From Pristiophorus japonicus (lineage: Eukaryota), in NCBI RefSeq assembly GCF_044704955.1, contig NC_091995.1, positions 54,994,001 through 55,058,000 on the forward strand: DNA of 64,000 bases, given 5' to 3'. The stretch's first letter is position 1. The number at the start of each line of letters is the position of its first letter. The position numbers and the translations under genes are program-made. Below, one piece after another: positions 21,255-35,479 of this stretch. Under the pieces are notes generated by a model. That model did no database searches and was not told the origin of the DNA. It worked only from the letters and a program-made list of their open reading frames with translations.

Positions 21255-21921
21255 GGGGCCGATTTTCAGCAAGGCTTTCGCCTGCCCAAGTGCCGCCCAA
21301 AGTGCCGGCGATGTACCAGACGGTACTTTTTGTGGGATATCCATGAAGAAGTTCCTTTGAAGGTCGGCGGGCAGCAAATGGAAGATGTACGCCGCCAATC
21401 TGAGCGGCTCCGGGCGGGAGGTCTCATTCTCGGCGGCAGAGGCGCTTGCCGTCCAAGTTCCAGCCGAGGAGGGAGTTGGGCCCACGGAGGGTTGACGACC
21501 TGAAAATAAAAATCACAAATAAAAAATACAAAAATATGAAGACCTTCCGGGGACCCCATGCAGGTTGAAATTTTTTTTTTTAAATGTTCACTTCCCTTTT
21601 TTTCAGGTTCTTCAGACTTACCGTCGGGGGACAGACCAGCCTGTAGCCAGTGGTCCAACCCCATTCTGCTGCCGACTCCCGCCCACAGGAATCTGGGAGC
21701 TCGGCGGGCGGGAGCTCAGCTGCACCACTCATCCATTCACTGACATCAGTGGGCGGTTCCCGGCAATTCTCCCCTCCCACCCGCTCCAGGCCACCTCCAA
21801 AGTGGGGCGGGGCGGATCTGCAGAAGGAATGCCGGTGGCAGTGGGCAGTGGGTGGCAGTGGGCAGTGGGTGGCAGTGGGCAGTGGGTGGCAGTGGGCGGT
21901 GGGCTGCTGAAAATCGGCTCC
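21255..21921. mobile_element. MITE / non-autonomous DNA transposon (PIF/Harbinger-like)
   Basis: 17-bp TIR GGGGCCGATTTTCAGCA / TGCTGAAAATCGGCTCC (1 mismatch); 3-bp TSD ATA. Confidence 0.85.
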
Positions 21922-21979
21922 ATAGACAGTAAGATGAAGCAGAAAAAGAGGGCGCATATAAGAGAGGTCAGGTCGAGAA

Positions 21980-24900
21980 TGTTAAGCGCATAACAAAGTG
22001 ATGCAACTGAGTACTGTAAACAATGAGTAAGTGTGACCTGAGCTCCTTTATTTAAACTCCAGAGTGCTGGTACAGCATGGGAGGCCTGCTTATATACAGT
22101 GCTCCCAAGGGATACTGGGATCCCTTGGGACTCTAACAGGTAAGCCCTCTGATGGCACTATGATACAGGTTGCCTAGGGTTGCATACATAACATCACTCC
22201 CTCCCAAAGTCAATAGTACATTTATTTACAGGGTGAGACGATCTGGGGCTTTTCGCTCCCTTGTCGATCGTCTCGATACAAATGCAGGTGGGGTGAGTTG
22301 GTTGGTTCTTTGCTAGTCTGCTGAGCAGCTGGTCTTGCCAGGTTGCTGGGGATGGTGAGTTCAACTTCGTGGTCAACCGTGATGTTGGTTGCCACGTGTG
22401 TGTGTGTTGGAGGGTCGAAGTTGGTGGTGTTCTCTTCGGGTTGTTCGTGGTTGTTTATAAATCGCAGTTTGGTTTCGTCCAAATGCTTTCTGCAAATTAG
22501 TCCATTGGCAAGTTTGACCTGAAACACCCAACCCCTTCTTTGGCTATGACGATGTCAGCAAGCCATTTGGGACCATGTCCATAGTTGAGTACAAATACCG
22601 GGTCACTGACTTCAATATCGCGTGACATGTTTGCGTGATCATGGTACATGCTTTGTTGATGCCGCCTGCCCTCAACGTGATCATGGAGATCAGGATGGAC
22701 TAGAGAGAGCCTTATTTTGAGTGCCCTTTTCATGAGCAGCTCAGCTGGGGGAACCCCGGTGAGTGAGTGGGGTCTGGTGCGGTAGCTGAGCAGCACTCTG
22801 GACAGCCGGGTCTGCAGGGAGGCTTCCGACACACGTTTCAAGCTTTGCTTGATGGTTTGTACTGCCCGTTCTACCTGGCCGTTGGATGCGGGCTTGAACG
22901 GGGCAGATGTGACGTGCTTGATCCCAATGCGGATCATGAATTCCTTGAACTCAGCACTGGTGAAGCACGGCCCATTGTCGCTGACCAGGACATCAGACAG
23001 GCCATGCGTGGCAAACATGGCTCGTAGGCTTTCAATGGTGGCAGTGGACATGCTTACAGACATTATTACACACTCAATCCGTTTTGAATAAGCATCCACA
23101 ACAACCAAAAACATTTTGCCAAGAAAAGGGCCGGCAAAGTCAACATGGATCCTAGAACACGATTTGGAGACCGTGACCACAAACTTAGCGGTGCCTCCCT
23201 GGGTGCATTGCTCAATTGAGAGCAAGTGTTGCATTGGCGCACGCATAACTCCAAATCTGAGTCGATGCTGGGCCACCACACGTGAGATCTGGCTATAGCT
23301 TTCATCATTATTATGCCTGGGTGGGTACTGTGTAGGTGGCCTATGAACGTTTCCCTGCCTTTCTTAGGCAAAACCACGCGATTACCCAACAAAAGATAGC
23401 CCGGCTGTATGGACATTTCGTCTTTGTGCCGCTGGAACGGCTTGATCTCTTCATGCATCTCCGCTGGGACGCCGGACCAGTTCCCATGGAGGACACAGTT
23501 TTTTACAAGTACAGTAAAGGATCCTGGCTGGTCCAGGTTCTGATCTGGCGGGCCGTAACGGGTGACTTTTCATTTTCGATTGCATCCATTACCAGGAGCA
23601 AGTCTGCAGGCTGTGCCATTTCCACCCCGGTGGTGGGCAATGGTAGCCGACTGAGAGCATCAGCGCAGTTGGTCTGTGGCGGATTACATAGTTGTATGCA
23701 GACAGCATGAGCGCCCATCTTTGAATGCGGGCAGAGGCATTGGCGTTATTCTGAGAATAGCGATATGAGCGGCTTATGGCCGGTTTCTAGCTTAAACTTG
23801 GGGCCAAACAGATACTGGTGCATTTTTTTCACCCCGTAAATGCATGCCAGAGCTTCTTTTTCAATCATGCTGTAGGCCCTTTAGGCCTTGGACAAACTCC
23901 TGGACATATAGGCGACCGGTTGCAATGTTCCTGATTCGTTAGCTTGTTGTAACACACACACGACCCCGTATGAAGACGTATCGCAAGCTAGCACTAAATG
24001 TTTACATGGATTATACAGAACAAGCAGTTTGTTGGAACATAACAGATTTCTGGCTTTCTCAAAAGCAGCCTCTTGTGATTTCCCCCATACCCTTGCATAA
24101 CAGCACATGTAGGGGTCCCAGCAAGGTGCTTAACCCGGGTAGGAAATAGTTGAGGAGTCCCAGCTCTGTCACGTTCTGTGGTCTCGGCGCATTCTTAATG
24201 GTCTCCATCTTGGCGTCGGTGGGTCTGATGCTGTCTTTGAGGATATAACGAGCAAATTCTTTGAGGATATAACGAGCATGGTGGATAGAGGTGTATCGAT
24301 GGATGTGGTGTATTTAGATTTCCAAAAGGCATTCGATAAGGTGCCACACAAAAGGTTACTGCAGAAGATAAAGGTACGAGGGGTCAGAGGAAATGTATTA
24401 GCATGGATAGAGAATTGGCTGGCTAACAGAAAGCAGAGTGTCGGGATAAATGGGTCCTTTTCGGGTTGGAAATCAGTAGTTAGTGGTGTGCCACAGGGAT
24501 TGGTGCTGGGACCATAACTGCTTACAATATACATAGATGACCTGGAAAAGGGGACAGAGTGTAGTGTAACAAAATTTGCAGATGACACAAAGATTAGTGG
24601 GAAAGTGGGTTGTGTAGAGGACACAGAGAGGCTGCAAAGAGATTTGGATAGGTTAAGCGAATGGGCTCAGGTTTGGCAGATGGAATACAATGTCGGAAAG
24701 TGTGAGGTCATCCACCTTGGGAAAACAAACAAAAAAAGGGAATACTATTTGAATGGGAAGAAATTACAACATGCTGCAGTGCAGAGGGACCTGGGGGTCC
24801 TTGTGCATGAATCCCAAAAAGTTAGTTTGCAGGTGCAGCAGGTAATCAGGAAGGCGAATGGAATGTTGGCCTTCATTGCGAGAGGGATGGAGTACAAAAG

Positions 24901-27681
24901 CAAGGAGATCCTTCTGCAACTGTATAGGGTATTGGTGAGGCCGCACCTGGAGCATTGCGTGCAGTTTTAGTCGCCTTACTTAAGGAAGGATATACTGGCT
25001 TTAGAGGGGGTACAGAGACGATTCACTAGGCTGATTCCGGAGATGAGGGGGTTACCTTATGATGATAGATTGAGTAGACTGGGTCTTTACTCGTTGGAGT
25101 TCGGAAGGATGAGGGGTGATCTTATAGAAACATTTAAAATAATGAAAGGGATAGACAAGATAGAGGCAGAGAGGTTGTTTCCACTGGTCGGGGAGACTAG
25201 AACTAGGGGGCACAGCCTCAAAATATGGGGAGCCAATTTAAAGCCGAGTTGAGAAGGAATTTCTTCTCCCAGAGGGTTGTGAATCTGTGGAATTCTCTGC
25301 TCAAGGAAGCAGTTGAGGCTAGCTCATTGAATGTATTCAAGTCACAGATAGATAGATTTTTAACTAATAAGGGAATTAAGGGTTACAGGGAGCGGGCGGG
25401 TAAGTGGAGCTGAGTCCACGGCCAGATCAGCCATGATCTTGTTGAATGGCGGAGCAGGCTCGAGGGGCTAGATGGCCTACTCCTGTTCCTAATTCTTATG
25501 TTCTTATGTCTGCCACGATTCTTCTCCCTAAGAACTTGACCTCTGGCGCCAGGAAAACACACTTCGAGCGTCTCAATCCAAGTCCCACGCGATCCAGCTG
25601 ACTTAGAACCTCTTCCAGGTTCTTCAAGTGTTCGATGGTGTCCCAACCTGTGACCAGTATGTTGCCCTGGACAACGGTGCGCGGAACCAACTTTAGCAGG
25701 CTCTCCATTTTCCTTTGGAAAATTGCCACGGCCGATCGAATCCCAAACGGGCATCTATTGTAAATGAACAGACCTTTGTACGTGTTGATGCAGGTGAGGC
25801 CTTTCGAAGATTCCGCCAGCTCTTGCATCATGGAGGTCAGGTCCAACTTGGTGAATGTCTTCCCTCCAGCCAGGGTCGCAAATAGGTCGTCTGCCTTGGG
25901 TAGCGGGTAGTAGTCCTCTAGCGAAAAACGGTTAATCGTTACTTTATAGTCCCCACAAATTCTGACTGTGCCGTCGCCTTTGAGAACTGCATCAATCGGA
26001 CTGGCCCACTCGTTGAACTCCACCAGCGCAATTATGCCTTCTCGCTGCAGCCTGTCCAGCTCAATTTCCATTTTCTCTTGCATCATATATGGCACCGTCC
26101 GTGTCTTGTGGTGGCTGGGTCATGTACCGGGAACCAAGTGGATCTGCACCTTCGCCCGAGAAACTTCCAATGCCTGGCTCGAACAACGATGGGAACTTGC
26201 TCAGAACCTGGGCACATGAGGCATCGTCGACGGATGAAAGCGCTCGGATGTCGTCCCAGTTCCAGCGGATTTTTCCCAGCCAGCTTCTGCCGAACAGTGT
26301 GGGGCCATCTCCTGGTACAATCCATAGTGGTAGTTCATGCACTGCTCCATCAGTGGAGACTTTTATTGCTGCGCTGCCAATAACAGGGATCAGCTCTTTA
26401 GTGTAAGTTCTTAGCTTGGTATGAATGGGGCTAAGCTTGGGCCTGTGTGCCTTGTTGCTCCACAGCCTGTCGAAGGCCTTTTTGCTCATGATAGACTGGA
26501 TACTGGAGTTCTGTTCAGTTCAACTTTTAACATGATCGGTGGACATTTCGTGGTGAAGGTTTGTACCCCGTACACTTCTGTCTCCTCGGTTCGAGTCTCT
26601 AGTTCAGCCTGATCCACCATGGATCGATCCTCCTCTGCAACGTGGTGATTTGCAGGGTTTGCAGCTCGTCTGCACATTCGATGGAGGTGTCCCATTGTTC
26701 CACAACCTTTGCACACATAGTGTTTGAAGCAGCATTGATGGGCTCGATGATCACCTCCACAGCGCCAACACGGTGTTAACTGCCTCGCATTAACGATTGG
26801 TGGCGGACTCTGGGTCATCTGAGGTCGTGCAGCTGCAGGCGTGTATGTTCTGCCATATGCATTCCTGCCTGAAAACCACGTTACTTTGTGTACAGTACTT
26901 GCCAAAACTTCTTTTTGCTACAAAATTTGTTTGGTGTTATCGCTGGTGGACATAAATGTCTGGGCTATAGTTATGGCTTTGCTCAGATTCGGTGTTTCAA
27001 CAGTCAATAGTTTGTGAAGGATAACCTCATGGTCAATGCCAAGCACAAAAAAGTCTCTCAGCATTTGCTCCAGGAATCCACCTAATTTGCAATGTGCTGC
27101 AAGGCGCCTTAGTTCGGCGACGTAGCTCGCCACTTCCTGGCCTTTAGACCGTTGACACGTGTAGAATCAATACCTTGCCATCAGAACGCTTGCCTTCGGA
27201 TTTAGATGCTCCCGGACCAGTGTACACAGTTCTTCATAGGATTTGGTTGTTGGTGTCACCAGAGCTAGAAAATTCTTCATGAGGCCATAGGTTGTTGCCC
27301 CACAGACGGGAAGGAGGATCGCCCTTCATTTGGCAGCATTCTCGTCCCCTTCTAGCTCGTTGGCCACGAAGTATTGGTCGAGTCGCTCCTCGAAGGCCTC
27401 CCAATTTCTCCAGGACGCCAACAGTTCTTTGCATTTTCGTGTGGTTGTTCGTTATTTCGTCGCCAGACGTTAGGCTCAGAACAAAGTGATGCAACTGAGT
27501 ATTGTAGACAATGAGTAAGTGTGACCTTAACTCCTTTATTTAAACTCCAGAGTGCGGGTACAGCATGGGAGGCCTGCTTATATACAGTGCTCCCAAGGGA
27601 TGCTGGGATCTCTTGGGACTCCAACAGGTAAGCCCTCTGGTGGCGGTATGATACAGGTTGCCTAGGGTTGCATACAAAACA
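21980..27681 (-). mobile_element. Full-length degraded Ty3/Gypsy LTR retrotransposon
   Basis: 214-bp LTRs at 21980-22193 and 27468-27681; TSD GAGAA; PBS TGGCGACGA (27465-27457); PPT beside 22194. gag CCHC, RT (VRICGDYK), RNase H (LACD) and integrase (HVDFAGP, SDNGP, NGQVER), with frameshifts. Confidence 0.95.
24236..25507 (+). mobile_element. 5'-truncated CR1 nested in the Gypsy pol
   Basis: LDFQKAFDKVPH, GVPQG, KFADDTK motifs; (TTCTTATG)2 tail. Gypsy RT/RH sequence resumes on both sides. Confidence 0.95.
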
Positions 27682-28594
27682 GAGAACATATCTGAGAATC
27701 ATGCTAAATATAGAACATTCAGAGAAGAAGTGAAAAAGAAAATAAGGGACCAAAGAAAAGTTTTGAGAATAGAATGGCAGCCAACATAAAAGTAACCCAA
27801 ACGTCCTCGATAGGCATATAAATAGTAAATGGGTAGTAAGAGGAGTGAGGCCGGATAGGGACCAAAGAGGAGACTTATGCTTGGAGGCAGAGGGTATGGC
27901 TGAGGTACCATAGCAAAATATTATATATACTATAATCCTCTGGACCTGATGGCCTACATCCTAGGGACTTGAAAGAGGTGGCTATTGAAATAGTAGATGC
28001 ATTGGTTGTCATCTTCCAAAATTCCAGATTCTAGAAAGGTTCCCACGGATTGGAAGGTAGAAAATGTAACCCTGCAATTTAAGAAAGGAGCGAGAGAGAA
28101 AATGGGGAACTACAGACCAGTTAGACAGAGATCAGTAGTAGGGAAAATGCTAGAATCTATTATTAAGGACATAGTAACAGGGCACTCCAAAAATAATAAT
28201 AGGATTGGTCAGAGTCAACATGGATTTATGAAAGGGAAATCACGTTTGACAAATCTGTAGAGTTTTTTGAGGTTGTAACTAGTAGAATAGATAAGGGGAA
28301 ACCAGTGGATGTGGTGTATTTGGATTTTCAGAAGGCATTCGATAAGGTGCCACACAACAGGTTATTAAACAAAATTAGGGCTCATGGGATTGGGGGTAAT
28401 ATACTAGCATGGATTCAGGATTGATTAATGGACAGAATACAGAGAGTAGGAATAAACGGGTCATTTTCAGCTTGGCAGACTGTAACTAGTGGGGCACCGC
28501 AAGGTTCGGAACTTGGGCCCCAGCTATTCACAATCTATATCAATGATTTGGATGAGGGGACCAAATGTAATATATCCAAGTTTGCTGATGATAC

Positions 28595-30412
28595 GATCAT
28601 CATAGGCAGTCCCTCGGAATCGAGGAAGACTTGCTTCCACTCTTAGCATGAGTTTGTAGGTGGCTGTACAGTCCAATACAAGAACCGCAGTCTCTGTCAC
28701 AGGTGGGACAGATAGTCGTTGAGGGAAAGGGTGGACAGGGAGCCTGGTTTGTCGCACGCTCCTTCCGCTGCCTGCACTTGATTTCTGCATGCTCTCAGCG
28801 ACGATACTCGAGGAGCTCAGCGCCCTCCCGAATGCATTTCCTCCACTTAGGGCGGTCTATGGCCAAGGACTCCCAGGTGTCAGTGGGGATGACACACTTT
28901 ATCAGGTAGACTTTGAGGCTGTCCTTGTAACGTTTCCTCTGCCCACCTTTGGCTTGTTTGCTGTGGACGAGTTCCGAGTAGAGCGCTTGCTTTGGGAGTC
29001 TCATGTCTGGCGTGCGAACTATGTGGCCTGCCCAGCAGAGCTGATCAAGTGTGGTCAGTGCTTCAATGCTGGGGATGCTGGTCTGGATGAGGACGCTAAT
29101 GTTTGTGCGTCTATCCTCCCAGGGGATTTGCAGGATCTTGCGGAGGCATTGCTGGTAGTATTTCTCCAGCGATTTGAGGTGTCTACTGTACATGGTCCAC
29201 ATCTCTGAGCCATACAGGAGGGCGAGTATTACTACGGCCCTGTAAACCATGAGCTTGGTGACAGTTTTGAGGGACTGATCTTCAAACACTCTTTTCCTCA
29301 GGCACTGGCACACTGGAGGCGGTATGGGATCTCATCATCAATGCCTGCTCTTGTTGATAGGAGGCTCCCGAGATAGGGGAAGTGGTCCACATTGTCCAAG
29401 GCCACGCTGTGGATCTTGATGCCTGGGGGGGGGCAGTGCTGTGTGGTGAGGACAGGCTGGTGGAGGACCTTTGTCTTACTAATGTTTAGCGTAAGGCCTA
29501 TGCTTTCATACACCTCGGTAAATATGTCAACTATGTCCTGGAGTTCAGCCTGTGTGTGCGCACAGACACAAGCGTCGTCTGCGTACTGTAGCTCAGCGAC
29601 AGAGGTTGGAGTGGTCTTGGACCTGGCCTGGAGACGGCAAGGGTTGAACAGCTTCCCACTGGTTCTGTAATTTAGCTCCACTCCAGCGGGGAGCTTATCA
29701 ACTGTGAGGTGGAACATGGCAGCGAGGAAGATTGAGAAGAGGGTTGGGGCGATGACACAGCCCTGCTTGACCCCGGTTCGGACGTGAATTGGGTCTGTGA
29801 TGGATCCGTTGGAAGGATCACGGCTTGCATGCCATGGTGGAGCAGGCGGAGTATAGTGATATACTTTTGGGGGCATCCGAAACGGAGGAGGTCACTCCCT
29901 AGACCCTCGTGGTTGACAGTGTCAAAGGCCTTTGTAAGATCGAAGAAGGCCACGTATAAGGGCTGGCACTGTTCCCTGCAGCTGTCGCGCTGCAAAAATC
30001 TGCTGTTGGGGTTGTCCATGAGGATCCTGACGTTCCAGGTTCCGAACTTCATGTTCGAGGAGTGGAAGATGCCTGTGCGTGATTTTTTTTAAAGTGAGGT
30101 GATCGTTGCACGCCGGCTACCACAGGGGCTTAGCTGAGGGAAACCTTGGTCCAGTGGCAAGGGGGTCCAAGACGGCTGGAGACCAGGCACTGCTATATGG
30201 GCCTAATTGCCTACAGCGAGGTGTTGGCCGGAGGCTTGGCGCTGGGTAGTGCCCTTGATGGTAGGTGGTCCAAGGTTTGTATGGGGGCAGGTATTGGGGG
30301 GGGCCAGCGCCTCCCCCACTGATGGCCTGGTCTCATCTCCTCCTCCAGCAGCACGTGTGAGTACAATAGCTGTGACCCCCCCTGCCCCCCCGATTCTGAA
30401 CTCCAGTGCACC
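28595..30412 (-). mobile_element. Internally deleted RTE-clade LINE
   Basis: MKFGTWNVR joined directly to RT (AFFDLTKAFD, GVKQGC, LQYADD, FPYLGS); (ATG)n-type tail; TSD GCTGATGATAC (28584-28594 and 30413-30423). Confidence 0.9.
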
Positions 30413-30663
30413 GCTGATGATACAAAGCTATGTGGGAATGTAAGGTGTGAGGAGAATGCAAAGAGACTTCAGGGGGATATAGACAGGCTAAGTGAGTGGG
30501 TAAGAACATGGTAAATGGATTATATGTGGAGAAATGTGAAGTTATCTATGTTAATAGAAAAAATAGAAAAGCAGAGTATTTTTTAAATGGTGCGAGATTG
30601 GGAAATGTTGGTGTTCAGAGGGTCCTGGGTGTCCTTGTACACGAATCACTGAAAGTTAACATA

Positions 30664-33600
30664 CAAACATAGAAACATAGAAATTAGGTGCAGGAGCAGG
30701 CCATTCGGCCCTTCGAGCCTGCACCGCCATTCAATATGATCATGGCTGATTATTCAACCTCAGTACCCCTTTTCTGCTTTCTCTCCATACCCCTTGATCG
30801 CTTTGGCCTTAAGGGCCATATCTAACTCCCTTTTGAATATATCTAACGAACTGGCCTCAACAACTTTCTGCGGTAGAGAATTCCACAGGTTAACCACTCT
30901 CTGAGTGAAGAAGTTTCTCCTCATCTCGGTCCTAAATGGTTTACCCCTTATTCTTAGACTGTGACCTCTGGTTCTGAAATTCCCCAGCAACGGGAACATT
31001 CTTCCTGCCTCTAAGTCCCGTCAGAATTTTATATGTTTCTATGAGATCCCCTCTCATTCTTCTAAACTCCAGTGGATACAAGCCCAGTTGATACAAGCCC
31101 AGTTGATCCAATCTCTCCTCATATGTCAGTCCTGCCATCCCAGGAATCAATCTGGTGAACCTTGGCTGTACTCCCTCAATAGCAAGAACGTCCTTCTTCA
31201 GATTAGGAGACCAAAACTGAACACAATATTCCAGATGTGGCTTCACCAAGGTTTTGTACAACTGCAGTAAGACCTCCCTGCTCCTATACTCAAATCCTCT
31301 AGCTATGAAGTCCAACATGTCATTTGCCTTCTTCACCGCCTGCTGTACCTGCATGCCAAACTTCAATGACTGATGTACCATGACACCCGTTGCAACTCCC
31401 CTTTTCCTAATCTGTCACCAATCAGATAATATTCTGTCTTCCTGTTTTTGCCATCAAAGTGGATAACCTCACATTTATCCACATTATACTGCATCTGCTA
31501 TGCATTTGCCCAATCACTTAACATGTCCAAGTCACCCTGCAGCCTCTTAGCATTCTCCTCACAGCTCACATTGCCACCCAGCTTAGTGTCATCTACAAAC
31601 TTGGAAATATTACATTCAATTCCTTCATCTAAATCATTGATGTATCTTGTAAATAGCTGGGGCCCCAGCACTGAACCCTGCTGCACCCCAGTGGGCACCG
31701 CCTGTCATTCTGAAAAGGACCCGTTTATCCCGACTCTCTGCTTCCTGTCTGCCAACCAGTTCTCTATCCACGTCAATACAATACTCCCAATACCATGTGC
31801 TTTAATTTTGCACACCAATCTCTTGTCTGGAACCTTGTCAAAAGCCTTTGAAAGTCCAAATACACCACATCCACTGGTTCTCCCTTGTCCACTCTACTAG
31901 TTACATCCTCAAAAAATTCCAGAAGATTTGTCAAGCATGATTTCCCTTTCATAAATCCATGCCGACTTGGATCGATCCTGTCACTGCTTTCCAAATGCGC
32001 TGCTATTTCATCTTTAATAATTGATTCCAACATTTTCCCCACCACCGATGTCAGGCTAACCGGTCTATAATTACCCGTTTTCTCTCTCCCTCCTTTTTTA
32101 AAAAGTGGTGTTACATTAGCTACCCTCCAGTCCATAGGAACTGATCCAGAGTCGATAGACTGTTGGAAAATGATCACCAATGCATCCATTATTTCTAGGG
32201 CCACTTCCTTAAGTACTCTGGGATGGAGCCTATCACCCTGGGGATTTATCAGACTTCAATCCCATCAATTTCCTGAACACAATTTCCTGACTAATAAGGA
32301 TTTCCTTCAGTTCCTCCTTTTGACTAGACCCTCGAACCCCTAGTATTTCTGGCAGGTTATTTGTGTCTTCCTTAGTGAAGACAGATCCAAAGTATTTGTT
32401 CAATTGGTCTGCGATTTCTTGGTTCTCCATTATAAATTCAACTGATTCTGACTGCAAAGGACCTATGTTGGTCTTCACTCATCTTTTTCTTTTCACATAT
32501 CTATAGAAGCTTTTGCAATCAGTTTTTATGTTCCCTGCAAGCTTCCTCTCATACTTTATTTTCCCCTTCCTAATTAGACCCTTTGTCCTCCTCTGCTGAA
32601 TTCTAAATTTCTCCCAGTCCTCAGGTTTGCTGCTTTTTCTCGCCAATTTATATGCCTTATCCTTTGATTTAACACTATCCCTAATTTCCCTTGTTAGCCA
32701 CGGTTGAGCTACCTTCCCCTTTTTATTTTTACTCCAGACAGGGATGTACAATTGTTGAAGTTCATCCATGTAATCTATAAATGTTTGCCATTGCCTATCC
32801 ACTGTCAACCATTTAAGTATCATTTGCCAGTCTATCCTAGCCAATTTACGTCTCATATCATCGAAGTTAACTTTCCTTAAGTTCAGGTCCCTAGTCTCTG
32901 AATTAACACTGTCATTCTCCATCTTAATAAAGAATTCTACCATATTATGGTCATCTTCCCCAGGGGGCCTCGCACAACAAGATTGCTAATTAGTCCTCTC
33001 TCATTACGCAACACTCAGCCTAGGATGGTCAGCTCTCTAGTTGGTTCCTCGACATATTGGTCTAGAAAGCCATCCCTGATACACCACAGGAAATCCTCTT
33101 CCACCGCATTGTTACCAGCTTGGTTAGCCCAATCTATATGTCGATTAAAGTCGCCCATGATAACTGCTGTACCTTTATTGCACACATCCCTAATTTCTTG
33201 TTTGATGCCATCCCCAACCTCACTACTACTGTTTGGTGATCTGTACACAACTCCCACTAACATTTTCTGCCCTTTGGTATTCCGCAGCTCCACCCATACA
33301 GATTCCACATCATCCAAGCTAATGTCCTTTCTTACTATTGCATTAATTTCCTCTTTAACCAGCAATGCTACCCCACCTCCTTTCCCTTTCTGTCTATCCT
33401 TCCTAAATGTTGAATACCCCTGGATGTTGAGTTCCCAGCCTTGGTCACCCTGGAGCCATGTCTCCATAATCCCAATTATATCATAATCGTTAATAGCTGC
33501 CTGCGCAGTTAATTCATCCACCTTATTACGAATACTCCTCGCATTGAGGCACAGAGCCTTCAGGCTTGTCTTTTTAACACTCTATGTCCCTTTAGAATTT

Positions 33601-34485
33601 TGCTGTAATGTGGCCCTTTTTGATTTTTGCCTTGGGGTTCTCTGCCCTCCACTTTTACTATTCTCCTTTCTATCTTTGCTTCTGCCCCCATTTTATTTCC
33701 CTCTGTCTCCCTGCATAGGTTTCCATCCCCCTGCCATATTAGTTTAACCCCTCCCCAACAGCACTAGCAAACACTCCCCCTAAGACATTGGTTCCGGTCC
33801 TGCCCCGGTGCAGACCGTCCGGTTTGTCCTGGTCCCACCTCCCCCAGAACCGGTTCCAATGTCCCAGGAATATGAATCCCTCCCTCTTGCACCACTCCTC
33901 AAGCCACATATTCATCTGACCTATCCTGCGATTCCCACTCTGACTAGCACGTGGCACTGGTAACAATCCTTAGATTACTACCTTTGAAGTCCTACTTTTT
34001 AATTTAACTCCTAGCTCTCTAAATTCAGCTTGTAGGACCTCATCCCACTTTTTACATATATCGTTGGTACCTATATGCACCCCGACAACTGGCTGTTCAC
34101 CCTCCCCCTTCAGAATGCCTTGCAGCCGCTCTGAGACATCCTTGACCCTTGCACCAGGAAGGCAACATACCATCCTGGAGTCTCGGTTGCGGCCGCAGAA
34201 TCGCCTATCTATTCCCCTTACAATTGAATCCCCTATCACTATCACTCTCCCATTCTTTTTCCTGCCCTCCTGTGCAGCAGAGCCACCCACGGTGCCATGA
34301 ACTTGGCTGCTACTGCCCTCCCCTGATGAGCCATCTCCCGTAACAATATCCAAAGCGGTATATCTGTTTTGGAGGGAGATGATCGCAGGGGACCCCTGCA
34401 CTGCCTTCCTACTCCTGCTCTGCCTAATGGTCACCCATCCCATATCTGCCTTTGTAACCTTTACCTGCAGTGTGACCAACTCACT
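30664..34485 (-). mobile_element. Near full-length CR1 LINE (ORF1 esterase + ORF2 APE/RT), degraded
   Basis: ORF1 VIGDSIVRG...HIGTND; ORF2 ETWL, GGGVAL, GDFN, GNYRPVSLTS, QGSVLGP; (AAACATAG)n tail at 30665-30683. Confidence 0.95.
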
Positions 34486-34826
34486 ACCTTGCTGACCACT
34501 GAGTAGCAGAAAACTGTTTGACGACAGACAGCCCTAAAAGGCTTTAGTTTTTCATAATGCAGCTGCCAGCGATATGTCGATGCGGAGAAAAGTGTACAAC
34601 TTTTGTACAATGTCAAAAAATCTGGGCTGCATTCAGCACTGTTGTTCCCCACAAGGTTGCGTTTGGTATAAACATCACATAACATATGGGTACAGCAAGA
34701 AATTAAGAAAGCAAATAGTATGTTCGCCTTTATTACAAGAGGATTTGAGTATAAGAGCAAAGAAGTCTTACTGCAATGATATCGAGCACTGGTGAGATCG
34801 CAGCTCGAGTATGGTGTACAGTTTTG

Positions 34827-35479
34827 GGGGTAGAAATTGTCCTCCACCCGAGAGGGGGTGCACCTACCGTTTTTTAAGTTTCTCTCCGCTGCAGTCCATG
34901 GGACGGGGAGATACCGGAGAAGTTCAGCACTTTGTTTTTTTTCTTCGTGGTGCGGTGTTCCAGTCAGGTGAGGGGCGCAAGGGTCCACGTCTCGATCAGT
35001 CATCAGCGCGACGTGGACGTGTCGCATCATGCGTCACAACGTCTCTCCCCTTCACTTAAAGGGGAGGGCCGCTGCGAACTCTGCAGCCACTTCAGTGGCC
35101 CCCACTGGGCCACCAGGGAGGGTTTCGGCCCGGTCAGCGGCCCGGCTGAACCCGAGGACATAATTGTCGTGCCGACCTAGCAGTCGACCGACAAAAAAAA
35201 AATAAAACAACATGACGGCCGTGGCAGTGCGCCTTCTCCTTTAAGGGCAGCCATTTCACTAAGTGTGCACCGACAGCAAAAGCGGTAATGGGTCAGCGCG
35301 TGCACGCCGCGGCGGGAAAACGGGCAGAGGAGTGGTCCCGGACACCGCTCCGCTCCCGAGGAAGGGCAATTTCTAAAACGGTGGCCCCTCCACGGAGAGT
35401 CAGCAGCCATTCCACGCAGCCCCGTGGCCGTCGCTTTCTGGCGGTCAGCGGCCTTATCGAAACGGGCAATTCCGGCCCC
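34827..35479. mobile_element. Second MITE (PIF/Harbinger-like), GC-rich
   Basis: Imperfect TIR GGGGTAGAAATTG / CAATTCCGGCCCC; 3-bp TSD TTG splits the CR1 QFWSP codons. Confidence 0.75.
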
